A program made the translations under genes and the position numbers. The notes under the pieces were generated by a model. It saw only the letters and a list, made by a program, of their open reading frames with translations. It searched no databases and was not told the DNA's origin. Below are positions 16,206 through 25,485 of a stretch of 32,000 bases of DNA, piece after piece. The DNA is from Flavobacteriaceae bacterium (lineage in GTDB: Bacteria > Bacteroidota > Bacteroidia > Flavobacteriales > Flavobacteriaceae), in the NCBI GenBank assembly GCA_965224465.1, contig OZ245049.1:2550001-2582000 (forward strand). Direction: 5' to 3'. Position 1 is the first letter of the stretch; each line of letters opens with the position of its first letter.

Positions 16206-17153
16206 TTATGCAGCGAAAATCTTAAGTTCCATCTTTATATCGGCTCTTTTATAGGGCGTATTTGGATTTAGCGGAACTTCTTTAAATCCAAATTTTCGAT
16301 ACAAAGTCAGCGCAGGTATTAAGGTCCTATTAGATTCTAACATGATGGTTTTAAATCCCATTTCTTGAGCACAAGAAATCGCTTTTTCGAGCAGCCTTAC
16401 ACCTATACGTTTCCCTTGATATCCTTCCGTAACCGCCATTTTTGCCAATTCTACCAAATTGTCATCTATTCTTATCAAGGCAACGGTCCCTATTATTATT
16501 TTTCTATCAATGGCTACAATAATCTCTCCCCCTTTATCAATAATATAGGATGTTGGATTGTCTAACATTACTGAATCATGTGCTTCTATTTCAAAATACT
16601 TCTCTAACCACTCATAATTCAACCTTCCAAAATCCAAGGCGTACACTTCCTTAAATGTATCCAAAAAAATATCTTTGCGACAAAGTACATCTAATGTTCT
16701 CTTTTTGAAGGAAGTCTTATCAAAAGCAATTTCTAGGGATTCAAGTTCCTTCAAAAAACAAGCACTATTCTTAATTTCCATAATACCTTTTACCCCTGCC
16801 TCCCAAAGCAATTCTAATTCGGGCAACTCTTCTTTTGCTTTTGGGGTCAATGCTAGTAATTGTTTCCGTAAATCGTCGGGACAAGCCCTAGAAATTAAAT
16901 AACCTGCATGCATCATTTTTTTTACCATCACTACTACAGATGGATGTGAAAAACGAATCATTTTTGCAATTTCCATCACAGAAAGACAGTCGTATTTTTG
17001 TAAAATTTTAAAAATAACAAACCAATTAGGCTCAATATTTAAGTCCAATTCCTTATACATTTGACGACCACTATGTGTCATTTTATCACTCAATCTTTTT
17101 AACCTAGTCGCTATGGCCATATAGCCCATCTCTTGTAAAAAATCGTTTTCCAT
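16206..17153 (-). CDS. MarR-type HTH regulator fused to a GNAT N-acetyltransferase
   Basis: The N-terminal winged helix (LSVMEIAKMIRFSHPSVVVMVKKMMHAGYLI) is MarR-like. The C-terminal half has the acetyl-CoA motif YQGKRIGVRLLEKAISCAQEMG and RKFGF. Confidence 0.7.
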   Translation of the reverse strand: MENDFLQEMGYMAIATRLKRLSDKMTHSGRQMYKELDLNIEPNWFVIFKILQKYDCLSVMEIAKMIRFSHPSVVVMVKKMMHAGYLISRACPDDLRKQLLALTPKAKEELPELELLWEAGVKGIMEIKNSACFLKELESLEIAFDKTSFKKRTLDVLCRKDIFLDTFKEVYALDFGRLNYEWLEKYFEIEAHDSVMLDNPTSYIIDKGGEIIVAIDRKIIIGTVALIRIDDNLVELAKMAVTEGYQGKRIGVRLLEKAISCAQEMGFKTIMLESNRTLIPALTLYRKFGFKEVPLNPNTPYKRADIKMELKIFAA

Positions 17154-17155
17154 AA

Positions 17156-17219
17156 TGTATATTTACGTAGTTAACTACGTAAATATACATTTAATATTCG
17201 TAGTTAGCTACGTAAATAA
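17156..17219. promoter_or_regulatory. Two palindromic operator-like sites upstream of the MarR-GNAT gene
   Basis: A perfect 36-bp palindrome ATGTATATTTACGTAGTT|AACTACGTAAATATACAT sits at ~17156-17191. A second related site, TTCGTAGTTAGCTACGTAAATA, sits at ~17198-17219. The first begins a few nt upstream of the start codon. Coordinates are +/-1. Confidence 0.6.
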
Positions 17220-17237
17220 CAATTACAGCACATATCT

Positions 17238-17729
17238 TTAGGTACGAAATCTTAAAAACCAACAGTAATCATCTCTAAAAAGCTCTTTTTTATAAACTTT
17301 AAAGCCCGTCTTTTCAAGCACTTTAATAGAGGCAATATTTTGAGTATTAACCACTGCCATAAGCGTTAAATCTGCATGCTTCTCTAAGCAATAACGTTTC
17401 ATAAATCCGATCATTTCCGAAACATAACCCTGTCTCCAAAACTCAGGTAAAATAGCATATCCAATTTCTACACCTTCTCCTTTAAAAAGAACTATTTTTG
17501 CAAAACCGATGTAAGTCCCGTCATGCAAACAGACCTTAAAAAAAAGAAACTCATTTTTAAGAGCATTCTTTAAAATAATCGCATCAAATTTTATTCGCGC
17601 CACTTTTAAAGAATCTCCCTGACCTTCAATATACACCATGATTTCATCGTTACAGACCACCTTACAAAAATCATCAAAATCGTCAGCAGTATAAGCTTGG
17701 TAATTTAACCTATTAGACTTCCATTCCAT
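17238..17729 (-). CDS. GNAT-family N-acetyltransferase (RimJ/RimL-like)
   Basis: 163 aa. ILPEFWRQGYVSEMIGFMKRYC ... KVLEKTGFK are GNAT motif A/B-like. Its start codon abuts the stop of the upstream gene (17730). Confidence 0.65.
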   Translation of the reverse strand: MEWKSNRLNYQAYTADDFDDFCKVVCNDEIMVYIEGQGDSLKVARIKFDAIILKNALKNEFLFFKVCLHDGTYIGFAKIVLFKGEGVEIGYAILPEFWRQGYVSEMIGFMKRYCLEKHADLTLMAVVNTQNIASIKVLEKTGFKVYKKELFRDDYCWFLRFRT

Positions 17730-20510
17730 TTACTTAATTTTGAACGCCTGTGATTTTCCCGTAATGCTCGTTCGGATAGCATAGGTTCCTTTTGGCAAAT
17801 AGTACACGTTGTTCTTTGCCTTTTCTATATGTATATCCTTCGCATTGAAATAACGTTTCCCGTATTTTTTATCAAAAGAAACATCATACGTTATATAATT
17901 CAACCCTTTTTCCATTGAAGCATCAAACGTTTGTATTTTAGTTCCATCCTCTGAAAGCACTTCAAAAGTACACTCCCCTTTTTCTTTGCTAAAAAATACA
18001 ATATCTATCGTTGGCAAATTTGGATTAAGCCATTTAGACCAAGACATACCCCAACCCGTAGCATGGCGCTTATCTTTAATTTTAAACAAGGTAAATACAT
18101 TGTTTTTCACCTTATTAACCTGTTGTAAAGCTGCAATATTAGTTTTGTAGATAGAGCGACCGTGGGTAGCAACCAATAAATCTTTAGCCTCGGTTTGTAA
18201 AACCAAATCATGAACAGCAACCTTAGGAAGTCCTCCTTGAAAAATATTCCAATTTAGCCCTTGATCAAAAGATACATGCACCCCTCTATCGTTTCCCACA
18301 TACACTATATTTTCATCGGAATCACCCTCTATAATTACGTTGATTGGTGATGCAGGCAAACCCTCTGAAATAGAAGTCCAAGTAGCTCCAAAATCCTCAC
18401 TTTTATACAACATCGCTTTAAAATCATCATTTCGATACCCGTTCAACGCCACATACAATCGCTTTTGTTGATGTTGCGAAGCGATAACGCGTGACACCCA
18501 AAAACCAGCAGGTAAATCCTCAGAAACTTTAGTCCAAGTAGTTCCTCCATCCAGCGTTACATGAATCAATCCATCATCACTTCCTACAATCAGTTGCCCA
18601 AATTTAAACGGACTTTCACTAATACTTGTCAATGTTCCAAAGGCAACATTTCCTTTTTTTCCTCCAAGTGTTAAATCGCCAGAAATATCCGAAAAATGAT
18701 CCCCTTTATCAAAAGATCGATGCAGTTTATTAGATCCTAAATACAAGATATCCTGATTGTGTTTTGACAATAAAATAGGTGTTTGCCAATTGAAACGAAG
18801 TGCTGTTTCCCCCAAATTATGTTTCGGTTGAATATACTTTTTTTTTCCTGTTTTCAAATTAAAACGATAGTAATTCCCAAACTGAAAACCTGTGTACAAA
18901 ACATCCGAATCCCTACGATCGATTTCTATTTTCATCCCATCACCGCCAATTATAGAAGTATAGGGGTATTTTCCACTTTGATTCCAAGATTTCGATGCTT
19001 TGTAAGTACTGGGACCCTTCCAAACTCCATTATCTTGCAAGCCTCCATAAACATTGTATTTTTTTTCATAATCTACGTTGATCGCATAAAATTGTCCGAC
19101 CGCAGGTTGATTGCATTTAATCCAGCTTTCACCATCGTCATAACTAATGTTTAAGCCTCCATCATTTCCTAAAACTAAATGACGCTTGTTTTTTGGATTT
19201 ATCCACAATGCATGATGATCTACATGCACATTCTCTTTATTTATAGAAACAAAGGTTTTTCCGCCATCTTTTGATTTTAAGATTGGTACTCCTGCCACAT
19301 AAACAGCTTCTGGATCTGTTAGATTTACCGCCACAACAGCAAAATAATATCCATAAGAGAACACCAAATCATCCAAATAATCCACATGAGTTTTAGACCA
19401 AGTAAGCCCTCCATTTATAGATTTGTATAACTCCGCTCCTTTTACGGGCGTGTTAAACAATGCAGCATTGGCATTTTCTAAATACAAGGCAACGTCTTTT
19501 GGTTTAATAGTTCCGTTTTTTACCAAATTTTTGACATTTTGTGAACGGTATTTTTCTTGAAAACCATTGCGTTTTAAAAAGCCATTCAGTTTTTTATCAC
19601 TCAACTTTAAAAATGCGGTTTCCGACATGTTTTTGAAATCACCTTTTTGCAGTCCCTCCGTTTTTTTCTTCTTTTTAGAAGAAACAGATCTGTGTTCTTG
19701 ATTGTCCAATAAAGCATAAATAATAGCATCATTATAAATAGCCAAACCGATACGCCCTACACCATCTCCTGAGGGAAAACCACTTTTATTATGAGTAACA
19801 CGCACCCAAGTATCTCCAAAGTCTACACTTTTATAAATACCCGATTTTGAACCATTCCCAGAAAAACTCCAGGCTTTCCTATTGCGTTCCCATGCGGCGG
19901 CAAATAATATATTTTTATTCTCTGGGCTTTGTACGAGATCAATCACCCCTGTATTTTCATCAATAAACAACGCGTTTTTCCATGTTTTTCCCCCATCCGT
20001 AGTTTTGTAAATACCACGCTCCTTATTCGCAGTGTACAGATGTCCAATAACTCCGACAACTACTTCATCGGGATTTTTATCATTTAAAATAATACGCCCA
20101 ATATGATGCGCATCTGGCAAGCCCATATATTCCCAAGTCTTTCCTTTATCGGTGCTTTTTAACATTCCAATCCCTGCATAAGAAGAGCGAGAGGAATTGT
20201 TTTCTCCTGTTCCTACCCAGATAATATCATTCTTCCAATCTACCGCAATATCTCCAATATTCTGTGTCGGTGCAGTGTCCATAACAGGGCTAAAAGTTGT
20301 CCCATTATTGTCTGAATACCATAATCCACCCGAAGCATACGCCACATACATTTCTGTAGTCTTGGCAGGATTTACGGCAACATCCACAACACGTCCACTC
20401 ATAATAGCAGGCCCAATATTTGTAAATGGAACATTCTTAACAAGGGATTCTTGTCCTTGTAAGCCAATACTTACAACAAGTAATAATAGAGATAAAATGA
20501 GGTTTTTCAT
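17730..20510 (-). CDS. Secreted BNR/Asp-box repeat (sortilin/VPS10-like) protein
   Basis: Signal peptide MKNLILSLLLLVVSIGLQGQ. It has at least 9 S/T-x-D-x-G-x-T-W/F Asp-boxes: STDKGKTW, TTDGGKTW, SVDFGDTW, SINGGLTW, SKDGGKTF, SYDDGESW, TLDGGTTW, SEDFGATW, SFDQGLNW. Confidence 0.75.
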   Translation of the reverse strand: MKNLILSLLLLVVSIGLQGQESLVKNVPFTNIGPAIMSGRVVDVAVNPAKTTEMYVAYASGGLWYSDNNGTTFSPVMDTAPTQNIGDIAVDWKNDIIWVGTGENNSSRSSYAGIGMLKSTDKGKTWEYMGLPDAHHIGRIILNDKNPDEVVVGVIGHLYTANKERGIYKTTDGGKTWKNALFIDENTGVIDLVQSPENKNILFAAAWERNRKAWSFSGNGSKSGIYKSVDFGDTWVRVTHNKSGFPSGDGVGRIGLAIYNDAIIYALLDNQEHRSVSSKKKKKTEGLQKGDFKNMSETAFLKLSDKKLNGFLKRNGFQEKYRSQNVKNLVKNGTIKPKDVALYLENANAALFNTPVKGAELYKSINGGLTWSKTHVDYLDDLVFSYGYYFAVVAVNLTDPEAVYVAGVPILKSKDGGKTFVSINKENVHVDHHALWINPKNKRHLVLGNDGGLNISYDDGESWIKCNQPAVGQFYAINVDYEKKYNVYGGLQDNGVWKGPSTYKASKSWNQSGKYPYTSIIGGDGMKIEIDRRDSDVLYTGFQFGNYYRFNLKTGKKKYIQPKHNLGETALRFNWQTPILLSKHNQDILYLGSNKLHRSFDKGDHFSDISGDLTLGGKKGNVAFGTLTSISESPFKFGQLIVGSDDGLIHVTLDGGTTWTKVSEDLPAGFWVSRVIASQHQQKRLYVALNGYRNDDFKAMLYKSEDFGATWTSISEGLPASPINVIIEGDSDENIVYVGNDRGVHVSFDQGLNWNIFQGGLPKVAVHDLVLQTEAKDLLVATHGRSIYKTNIAALQQVNKVKNNVFTLFKIKDKRHATGWGMSWSKWLNPNLPTIDIVFFSKEKGECTFEVLSEDGTKIQTFDASMEKGLNYITYDVSFDKKYGKRYFNAKDIHIEKAKNNVYYLPKGTYAIRTSITGKSQAFKIK

Positions 20511-20536
20511 AGGGATAGATTTAAGGTGATTTCAAT

Positions 20537-21388
20537 TTAGTAAGTTTTTGTCATGGAAGTAGGCGTTACAATAATTACATCCGCCTTTCCTTTTATTTCT
20601 TTATTAAATTTTTTGACATCCTCTTGTTCTTCTACAGTAATCGTAAGAATTTTCAAGGTCGGATTTCCTTGTTTTAAATACCAATAGATACCTTCATGAT
20701 AATCCGAATGAAAAGAGCCATTGTAATGTACAAAAAGAGATTTTCCTCTGTTTTTTAATATAAAATAAGCCATCGTAGCATCTTTACATGCTTGAGCTTT
20801 CGGTAAATTATCTCCACCGTGCCCGCCCATCATAGCCTTCATTTTTACATATTGAGACAAGGACGCATCGTACTTCAAAGGCAATGGTGGCATCCATGTT
20901 TTCTCTTGATTGGTTAAAGAATCTAAAACTTCAAAACCACCTCGAAATACTTTTTTTGCAAATCTACGGGGGATATTTGTAGCTATAAAAGGAAAATGAT
21001 GCTTTTTTGACAAATCTACCAATGGTTTATAATCCGTAATATAGTTATTCCATAAACGAGCAAGGGTATCTAGTTGTTGCTGATTGGAAGAACCGTCTAA
21101 GTAATTATTCAATTGTTTTTGATTGTCAGCCTCCAACATTTCGGCACCTAAAACTAAGTCTTGCCCCGCGGCAAGATCCTTTGTAAATTCGTACTGCAAC
21201 CAATGTACAATAGGATTGTTATGGTGCTCTCCAAACAACACAACATCTGCCTTTTTCATTTTTTTTAAAACTTTTTTATAAGAAATTTTATGCCCTTTTG
21301 AATTAAAGAGCTTATAAGCAGGCTTATTTTGACCGTGAGAAGAAACACTAAATGTTAAGAGGAGTGTTAATACTATTAATTTATACAT
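20537..21388 (-). CDS. ChaN-family (Tiki/haem-binding uptake-like) lipoprotein
   Basis: The likely start is MYKLIVLTLLLTFSVSSHGQ at 21388. The longer track ORF would overlap the divergent aminopeptidase gene. ADVVLFGEHHNNPIVHWLQ is a ChaN-type motif. Confidence 0.55.
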   Translation of the reverse strand: MYKLIVLTLLLTFSVSSHGQNKPAYKLFNSKGHKISYKKVLKKMKKADVVLFGEHHNNPIVHWLQYEFTKDLAAGQDLVLGAEMLEADNQKQLNNYLDGSSNQQQLDTLARLWNNYITDYKPLVDLSKKHHFPFIATNIPRRFAKKVFRGGFEVLDSLTNQEKTWMPPLPLKYDASLSQYVKMKAMMGGHGGDNLPKAQACKDATMAYFILKNRGKSLFVHYNGSFHSDYHEGIYWYLKQGNPTLKILTITVEEQEDVKKFNKEIKGKADVIIVTPTSMTKTY

Positions 21389-21466
21389 AAATCGTATGAT
21401 TATTATGATTAGAGTTCCCCACAAATTTATAACTTTGTTAGCAAATAATACACTAATATTAGCATT

Positions 21467-22756
21467 ATGAAATACCATCCAATAAACAATTCGCTTTTCA
21501 AAAAAAACAGAGCAAAGTTCATCGCTCAAATGAATCCGAAATCCATTGCTGTTTTTAATTCAAACGATACTTTTACAACAGGTGCAGATAGCACACTTCC
21601 GTTTGAACAAAACAGCGATATTTTTTACTTAACAGGAGCGGATCAAGAAGAAACTATTTTATTATTATTTCCAGATGCCTTAAATCCAAGCCATCGCGAA
21701 ATATTATTTGTTACAGAAACCAACGCTCATATTGCGATTTGGGAAGGTGCCAAATTAGACAAAGAACAAGCGATGGTTACTTCTGGAATTCAGACTATTT
21801 ATTGGCTACAAGAATTTGACAAAGTTTTTAAAGATTTAATGTCGGAATCTGAAACCATCTATTTTAATACAAACGAACATTACCGCCAATCTGTAGTTAT
21901 AGAAACACGTGAAGATCGTTTTATTAAAAAATGTAAACAAGATTTTATGGCACATAAATGGGCCAAGAGTTTCCCTATTATGGAAGCCATAAGAGGCGTA
22001 AAAGAACAAGAGGAATTAGCTATTATGCAAACCGCTTGTGATATTACCAATAAAGGATTCCGTAGAGTATTGCCTTTTATAAAACCTGGGGTAATGGAAT
22101 ACCAGATTGAAGCAGAATTCATGCACGAATTTTTAAGCAATCGTTCTAAAGGGTTTGCTTATACTCCTATTATTGGTTCTGGATACAGTGCCTGTGTATT
22201 GCATTATATAGAAAACAACCAAGAATGTAAGGACGGCGACATGTTATTAATGGATGTTGGAGCAGAATACGCCAACTATTCTAGTGATATGACGCGTACC
22301 ATCCCTGTAAACGGACGTTTTACAGACCGTCAAAAAGCAGTGTACAATGCTGTATTACATGTAAAAAACGAAGCTACAAAATTATTAGTTCCTGGGACTA
22401 TCTGGGCAGAGTACCACAAAGCAGTTGGTTTAATAATGACTGCTGAATTGATCAAATTAGGCTTGATCAGCGAAGAAGATGTAAAAAATGAAGATCCGAA
22501 CTGGCCTGCCTATAAAAAATATTTTATGCACGGAACTTCTCACCACATGGGATTAGACACGCATGATTACGGAGCTTTAAAAACAGCCATGAAAGCAAAT
22601 ATGGTATTTACCGTAGAGCCTGGTATCTATATTCCTGAAGAGAACATGGGAATACGTTTGGAAGACGATGTTGTGATCCAAGCAACAGGAGAACCTATAA
22701 ACTTAATGGGAGATATTCCAATTACTGTGGAGGAAATTGAAGCATTGATGAACTAA
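21467..22756 (+). CDS. pepP: Xaa-Pro aminopeptidase (M24B family)
   Basis: 429 aa. Creatinase/AMP_N-like N-terminus, then the pita-bread metal ligands in order (LMDVGAEY, SDMTRT, HGTSHHMGLDTHD, FTVEPGIY, IRLEDDV). Confidence 0.8.
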   Translation: MKYHPINNSLFKKNRAKFIAQMNPKSIAVFNSNDTFTTGADSTLPFEQNSDIFYLTGADQEETILLLFPDALNPSHREILFVTETNAHIAIWEGAKLDKEQAMVTSGIQTIYWLQEFDKVFKDLMSESETIYFNTNEHYRQSVVIETREDRFIKKCKQDFMAHKWAKSFPIMEAIRGVKEQEELAIMQTACDITNKGFRRVLPFIKPGVMEYQIEAEFMHEFLSNRSKGFAYTPIIGSGYSACVLHYIENNQECKDGDMLLMDVGAEYANYSSDMTRTIPVNGRFTDRQKAVYNAVLHVKNEATKLLVPGTIWAEYHKAVGLIMTAELIKLGLISEEDVKNEDPNWPAYKKYFMHGTSHHMGLDTHDYGALKTAMKANMVFTVEPGIYIPEENMGIRLEDDVVIQATGEPINLMGDIPITVEEIEALMN

Positions 22757-22808
22757 TACCTATAGCTGTTGAACACTCTTATGTTCATCTAGACTTATAA
22801 ACAGTTCT

Positions 22809-22844
22809 AAAGCCTCATCCTAATAATAGGGTGAGGCTTTTTTA
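22809..22844 (+). terminator. Rho-independent terminator of the aminopeptidase gene
   Basis: AAAGCCTCATCC (22809-22820) / GGGTGAGGCTTT (22829-22840) form a 12-bp stem with one G-U pair and an 8-nt loop, followed by a T-run. Confidence 0.7.
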
Positions 22845-22888
22845 AGGCACTGTTTTTTTTAAAAAACAACACCTGTACTGCGTATACT

Positions 22889-22957
22889 ATTACAATCCAA
22901 AATAACCGATATAAATAGTTGTTTACTAAACCGTCACTTGGAAGTGTATTTGGCATC
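22889..22957. repeat. Intergenic repeat family, copy R2 (short form)
   Basis: ATTACAATCCAAAATAACCGATATAAATAGTT...CTAAACCGTCACTTGGAAGTGTATTTGGCATC. Both conserved end blocks are present without the internal segment. Confidence 0.6.
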
Positions 22958-23118
22958 ACTATATCTATTTAAGGTATTAATGATTTTAAAGTCGTTTTAT
23001 TAAATTAAAAACAACTTTTACGCAAGTTCCTTTGATAATTGTATCTTTGATCGTGTAATCACACAATTAAAAACATAATTAACCATTGATTGAAAAAATA
23101 TAAATCGGACAAAATTCT

Positions 23119-23628
23119 ATGAAAAAACGACTCGGCATACTCATACTCATCATCTTTGTAAATTGCACAAGTACTGAAAATAATAAAGATTACCTTATTG
23201 GAATTGTGAACAAAAAAAGTTTTTCAATAGTTCCCTATACAACTTGGTTTACAAAAAACTACACGGATTACACTCCAGATACTTCCGCAATCCATGCATT
23301 AAATAAAGAATTAAAAGCGGTGACCATCAAAGGTTTTATGGGCACTTGGTGTGGTGACAGCAAAGAACAAATACCCGTTTTTTACAAAATATTAGACGCT
23401 GCAAATTTTGAAGAACACAACATTCAAATGACGGCTCTAAACCACAGTAAAAAAACACCTGACAGTTTACAAAAAGGATATCATATTATTAGAGTCCCTA
23501 CTTTTATTTTTTATAAAAAAGGAAAAGAGATAGGGCGTTTTGTAGAATACCCCAAAGAAACAATGGAACTAGATTTCTTAAAAATAGTAAGAGGTATTGA
23601 ATATAGGCATTCTTATGAAGACAACTAA
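23119..23628 (+). CDS. Thioredoxin-fold lipoprotein with a CxxS (WCGDS) active-site variant
   Basis: Lipoprotein signal MKKRLGILILIIFVNC. GFMGTWCGDSKEQIP aligns with the thioredoxin WCxxC position, with Ser replacing the second Cys. A cis-Pro-like RVPTFIF motif lies downstream. Confidence 0.6.
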   Translation: MKKRLGILILIIFVNCTSTENNKDYLIGIVNKKSFSIVPYTTWFTKNYTDYTPDTSAIHALNKELKAVTIKGFMGTWCGDSKEQIPVFYKILDAANFEEHNIQMTALNHSKKTPDSLQKGYHIIRVPTFIFYKKGKEIGRFVEYPKETMELDFLKIVRGIEYRHSYEDN

Positions 23629-23637
23629 CACCAACTA

Positions 23638-23746
23638 GAATCCAAAATGACCGATATAAATAGTTTGTTTTACGTTCTAGCGTTCTTAAAAAACAAAAAA
23701 TAATTCTATTTCTAAACCTTCACTTGGAAAATTAATTGGTATAACA
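23638..23746. repeat. Intergenic repeat family, copy R3 (intermediate form)
   Basis: GAATCCAAAATGACCGATATAAATAGTTTGTTTTACGTTCTAGCGTT...TTCTATTTCTAAACCTTCACTTGGAAAATTAATTGGTATAAC. Confidence 0.6.
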
Positions 23747-23785
23747 CTTAAATACACCGAATCTCAAAACACACAAGTCCATCGC

Positions 23786-24685
23786 ATGAAACCATTATAT
23801 TTAGACAGAAGCAGTCAACAAAATGCATCCTTTTGCATTACCAATAAACGCTATTCTCACTTTATGAAAATATGGCATTATCATAGCGAACTGGAATTGG
23901 TGGTGCTTTTAGAAAGTACTGGAACACGGTTTATAGGAGATCACATTCATCAATTCAACGAAAATGAACTCATACTTATAGGGAAAAACCTCCCTCATAT
24001 GTGGCTGAACGACCGAGCGTATTTTGATGAAAACTCGCGTTTAAAAGCTTCCGCGCTAGTCGTACATTTTAAAGAAGATTTCCTAGGAAAAGATTTTTGG
24101 AATTTACCCGAAATGAGCGCCATTCCCAAATTATTTGAACGCGCCAAAAGAGGCATAAAATTTAATGGTCCCAATAAAAACAAAATCATTAAACACCTCA
24201 AATCATTAGACAAATTACCCGATTTCAAAAAAGTGGTTGCGCTCTTACATATAATCCAAGAATTAGCCTTAGAATCTGACTATGAATTACTGGCAAGAGC
24301 TTCGTTTTTGGATGATTTCAAAAAACCAGAAAAACGAAAACTAGCGCCCGTTTACAACTACATCATGAATAATTTTAAGGAGAACATCTCTCTAGGTGAT
24401 GTTGCTGCATTGGCATGTATGAATCCCTCTTCCTTTAGTCGTTACTTTAAAAGAGTACAACACAAAACATTAAAACGATACATCAATGAATTGCGCATAG
24501 GATTTGCCTGTAAATTACTCTTGGAAAAAAAATATTCCATGACCGATATTTGTTTTGAGAGCGGTTTTAATAATCTTTCAAATTTCAATCGCCAATTTAA
24601 AGCCATCACCTTATTTTCTCCAAGTGAATATCTTTTAAAAAGACATCAATCCCATACAATTACTACCAATTACAATCCAAAATAA
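23786..24685 (+). CDS. AraC-family transcriptional regulator (cupin sensor + HTH_18)
   Basis: N-terminal cupin-like WHYHSELELVVLLESTGTRFIGD. C-terminal LGDVAALACMNPSSFSRYFKR ... ICFESGFNNLSNFNRQFK. The last 5 codons and the stop come from repeat copy R4. Confidence 0.75.
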   Translation: MKPLYLDRSSQQNASFCITNKRYSHFMKIWHYHSELELVVLLESTGTRFIGDHIHQFNENELILIGKNLPHMWLNDRAYFDENSRLKASALVVHFKEDFLGKDFWNLPEMSAIPKLFERAKRGIKFNGPNKNKIIKHLKSLDKLPDFKKVVALLHIIQELALESDYELLARASFLDDFKKPEKRKLAPVYNYIMNNFKENISLGDVAALACMNPSSFSRYFKRVQHKTLKRYINELRIGFACKLLLEKKYSMTDICFESGFNNLSNFNRQFKAITLFSPSEYLLKRHQSHTITTNYNPK

Positions 24686-24810
24686 CCAATATAAATAGTT
24701 TGTTTTACGCTCTAGCGTTGTTGAAAAATAGAACGATAACTAAGCTATCCTTCCATTTTCTGCCTAGCTATAATTCCATTTCTAAACTGCCACTTGGAAG
24801 TGTGTTTTAT
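24668..24810. repeat. Intergenic repeat family, copy R4 (long form)
   Basis: CAATTACAATCCAAAATAACCAATATAAATAGTTTGTTTTACGCTCTAGCGTTGTTGAAAAATAGAACGATAA...CCATTTTCTGCCTAGCTATAATTCCATTTCTAAACTGCCACTTGGAAGTGTGTTTTAT. Confidence 0.6.
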
Positions 24811-25485
24811 AAGTAGTTCTATATCATGTCCACAAAAAACAATCACTATACTGACAGCGACATACCAACATGAGTAGCGTCATAAGACTCCATACAAAGC
24901 ATCAATTATTTTTATGTGTTTTTAGCTATACCCCTTTCTTTATTACACAAGACTAAAGCAACAAAGCTTAGGTTAGGCTATTTTATAGAAATACAAATAC
25001 GCAACAAGCACTATTGATACTACAATCAGTTTTAACAAACGCTATGCTTTAAGCACCAACCTCAACAGCCTTCTTTTTACCGAATAATTGCTCTCTAAAA
25101 AACAACAAATCAAAACAAATAAGTAGTTAATTTGCCTAATCACCCCAAATAACTAAATAATAGACAAAAAAGTATTAGCATAAGAAAAATACCTTCTAGG
25201 GTTGCCTTTACATTGTCTTTACATTTGTGACCACAAGAATTCTAAAATTCAGAATTCATCCCCTTCTTTTTAATAATAAATAATCTGTATAGAAATATAT
25301 ACATATTACCGTATAGACATTTCACCTGTACTGTTATAATGTACAATTAATTAGTGTAAAAAAGCGGCTATAAAAATACAACTCAAAAACAAATTAATAT
25401 AAAACATAAAAGTATTGAAAAACACCTAAAATTCTCGAATATTTTCCAAAACACCTAAACTCAAATTAACTAACATTTTAACAAC

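Noticed and set aside
17095-17101. A T-run in the MarR-GNAT gene that by my manual count seemed one base too long, implying a frameshift
   Set aside because: The computed ORF track gives an uninterrupted 315-aa ORF across this position. I treat the discrepancy as my own homopolymer-counting error, so coordinates just upstream (operator sites) may be off by 1.
21389-21529. The N-terminal 47 codons of the track ORF 20537-21529
   Set aside because: They would overlap the divergently transcribed aminopeptidase gene. A canonical signal peptide begins at the internal Met (21388).
24811-25485. The ~670-bp ORF-free region upstream of susC, considered as a possible ncRNA or degraded gene
   Set aside because: Long AT-rich leaders are common upstream of susC genes. 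I found no convincing structure, repeat or coding remnant apart from the R4 repeat at its 5' end.
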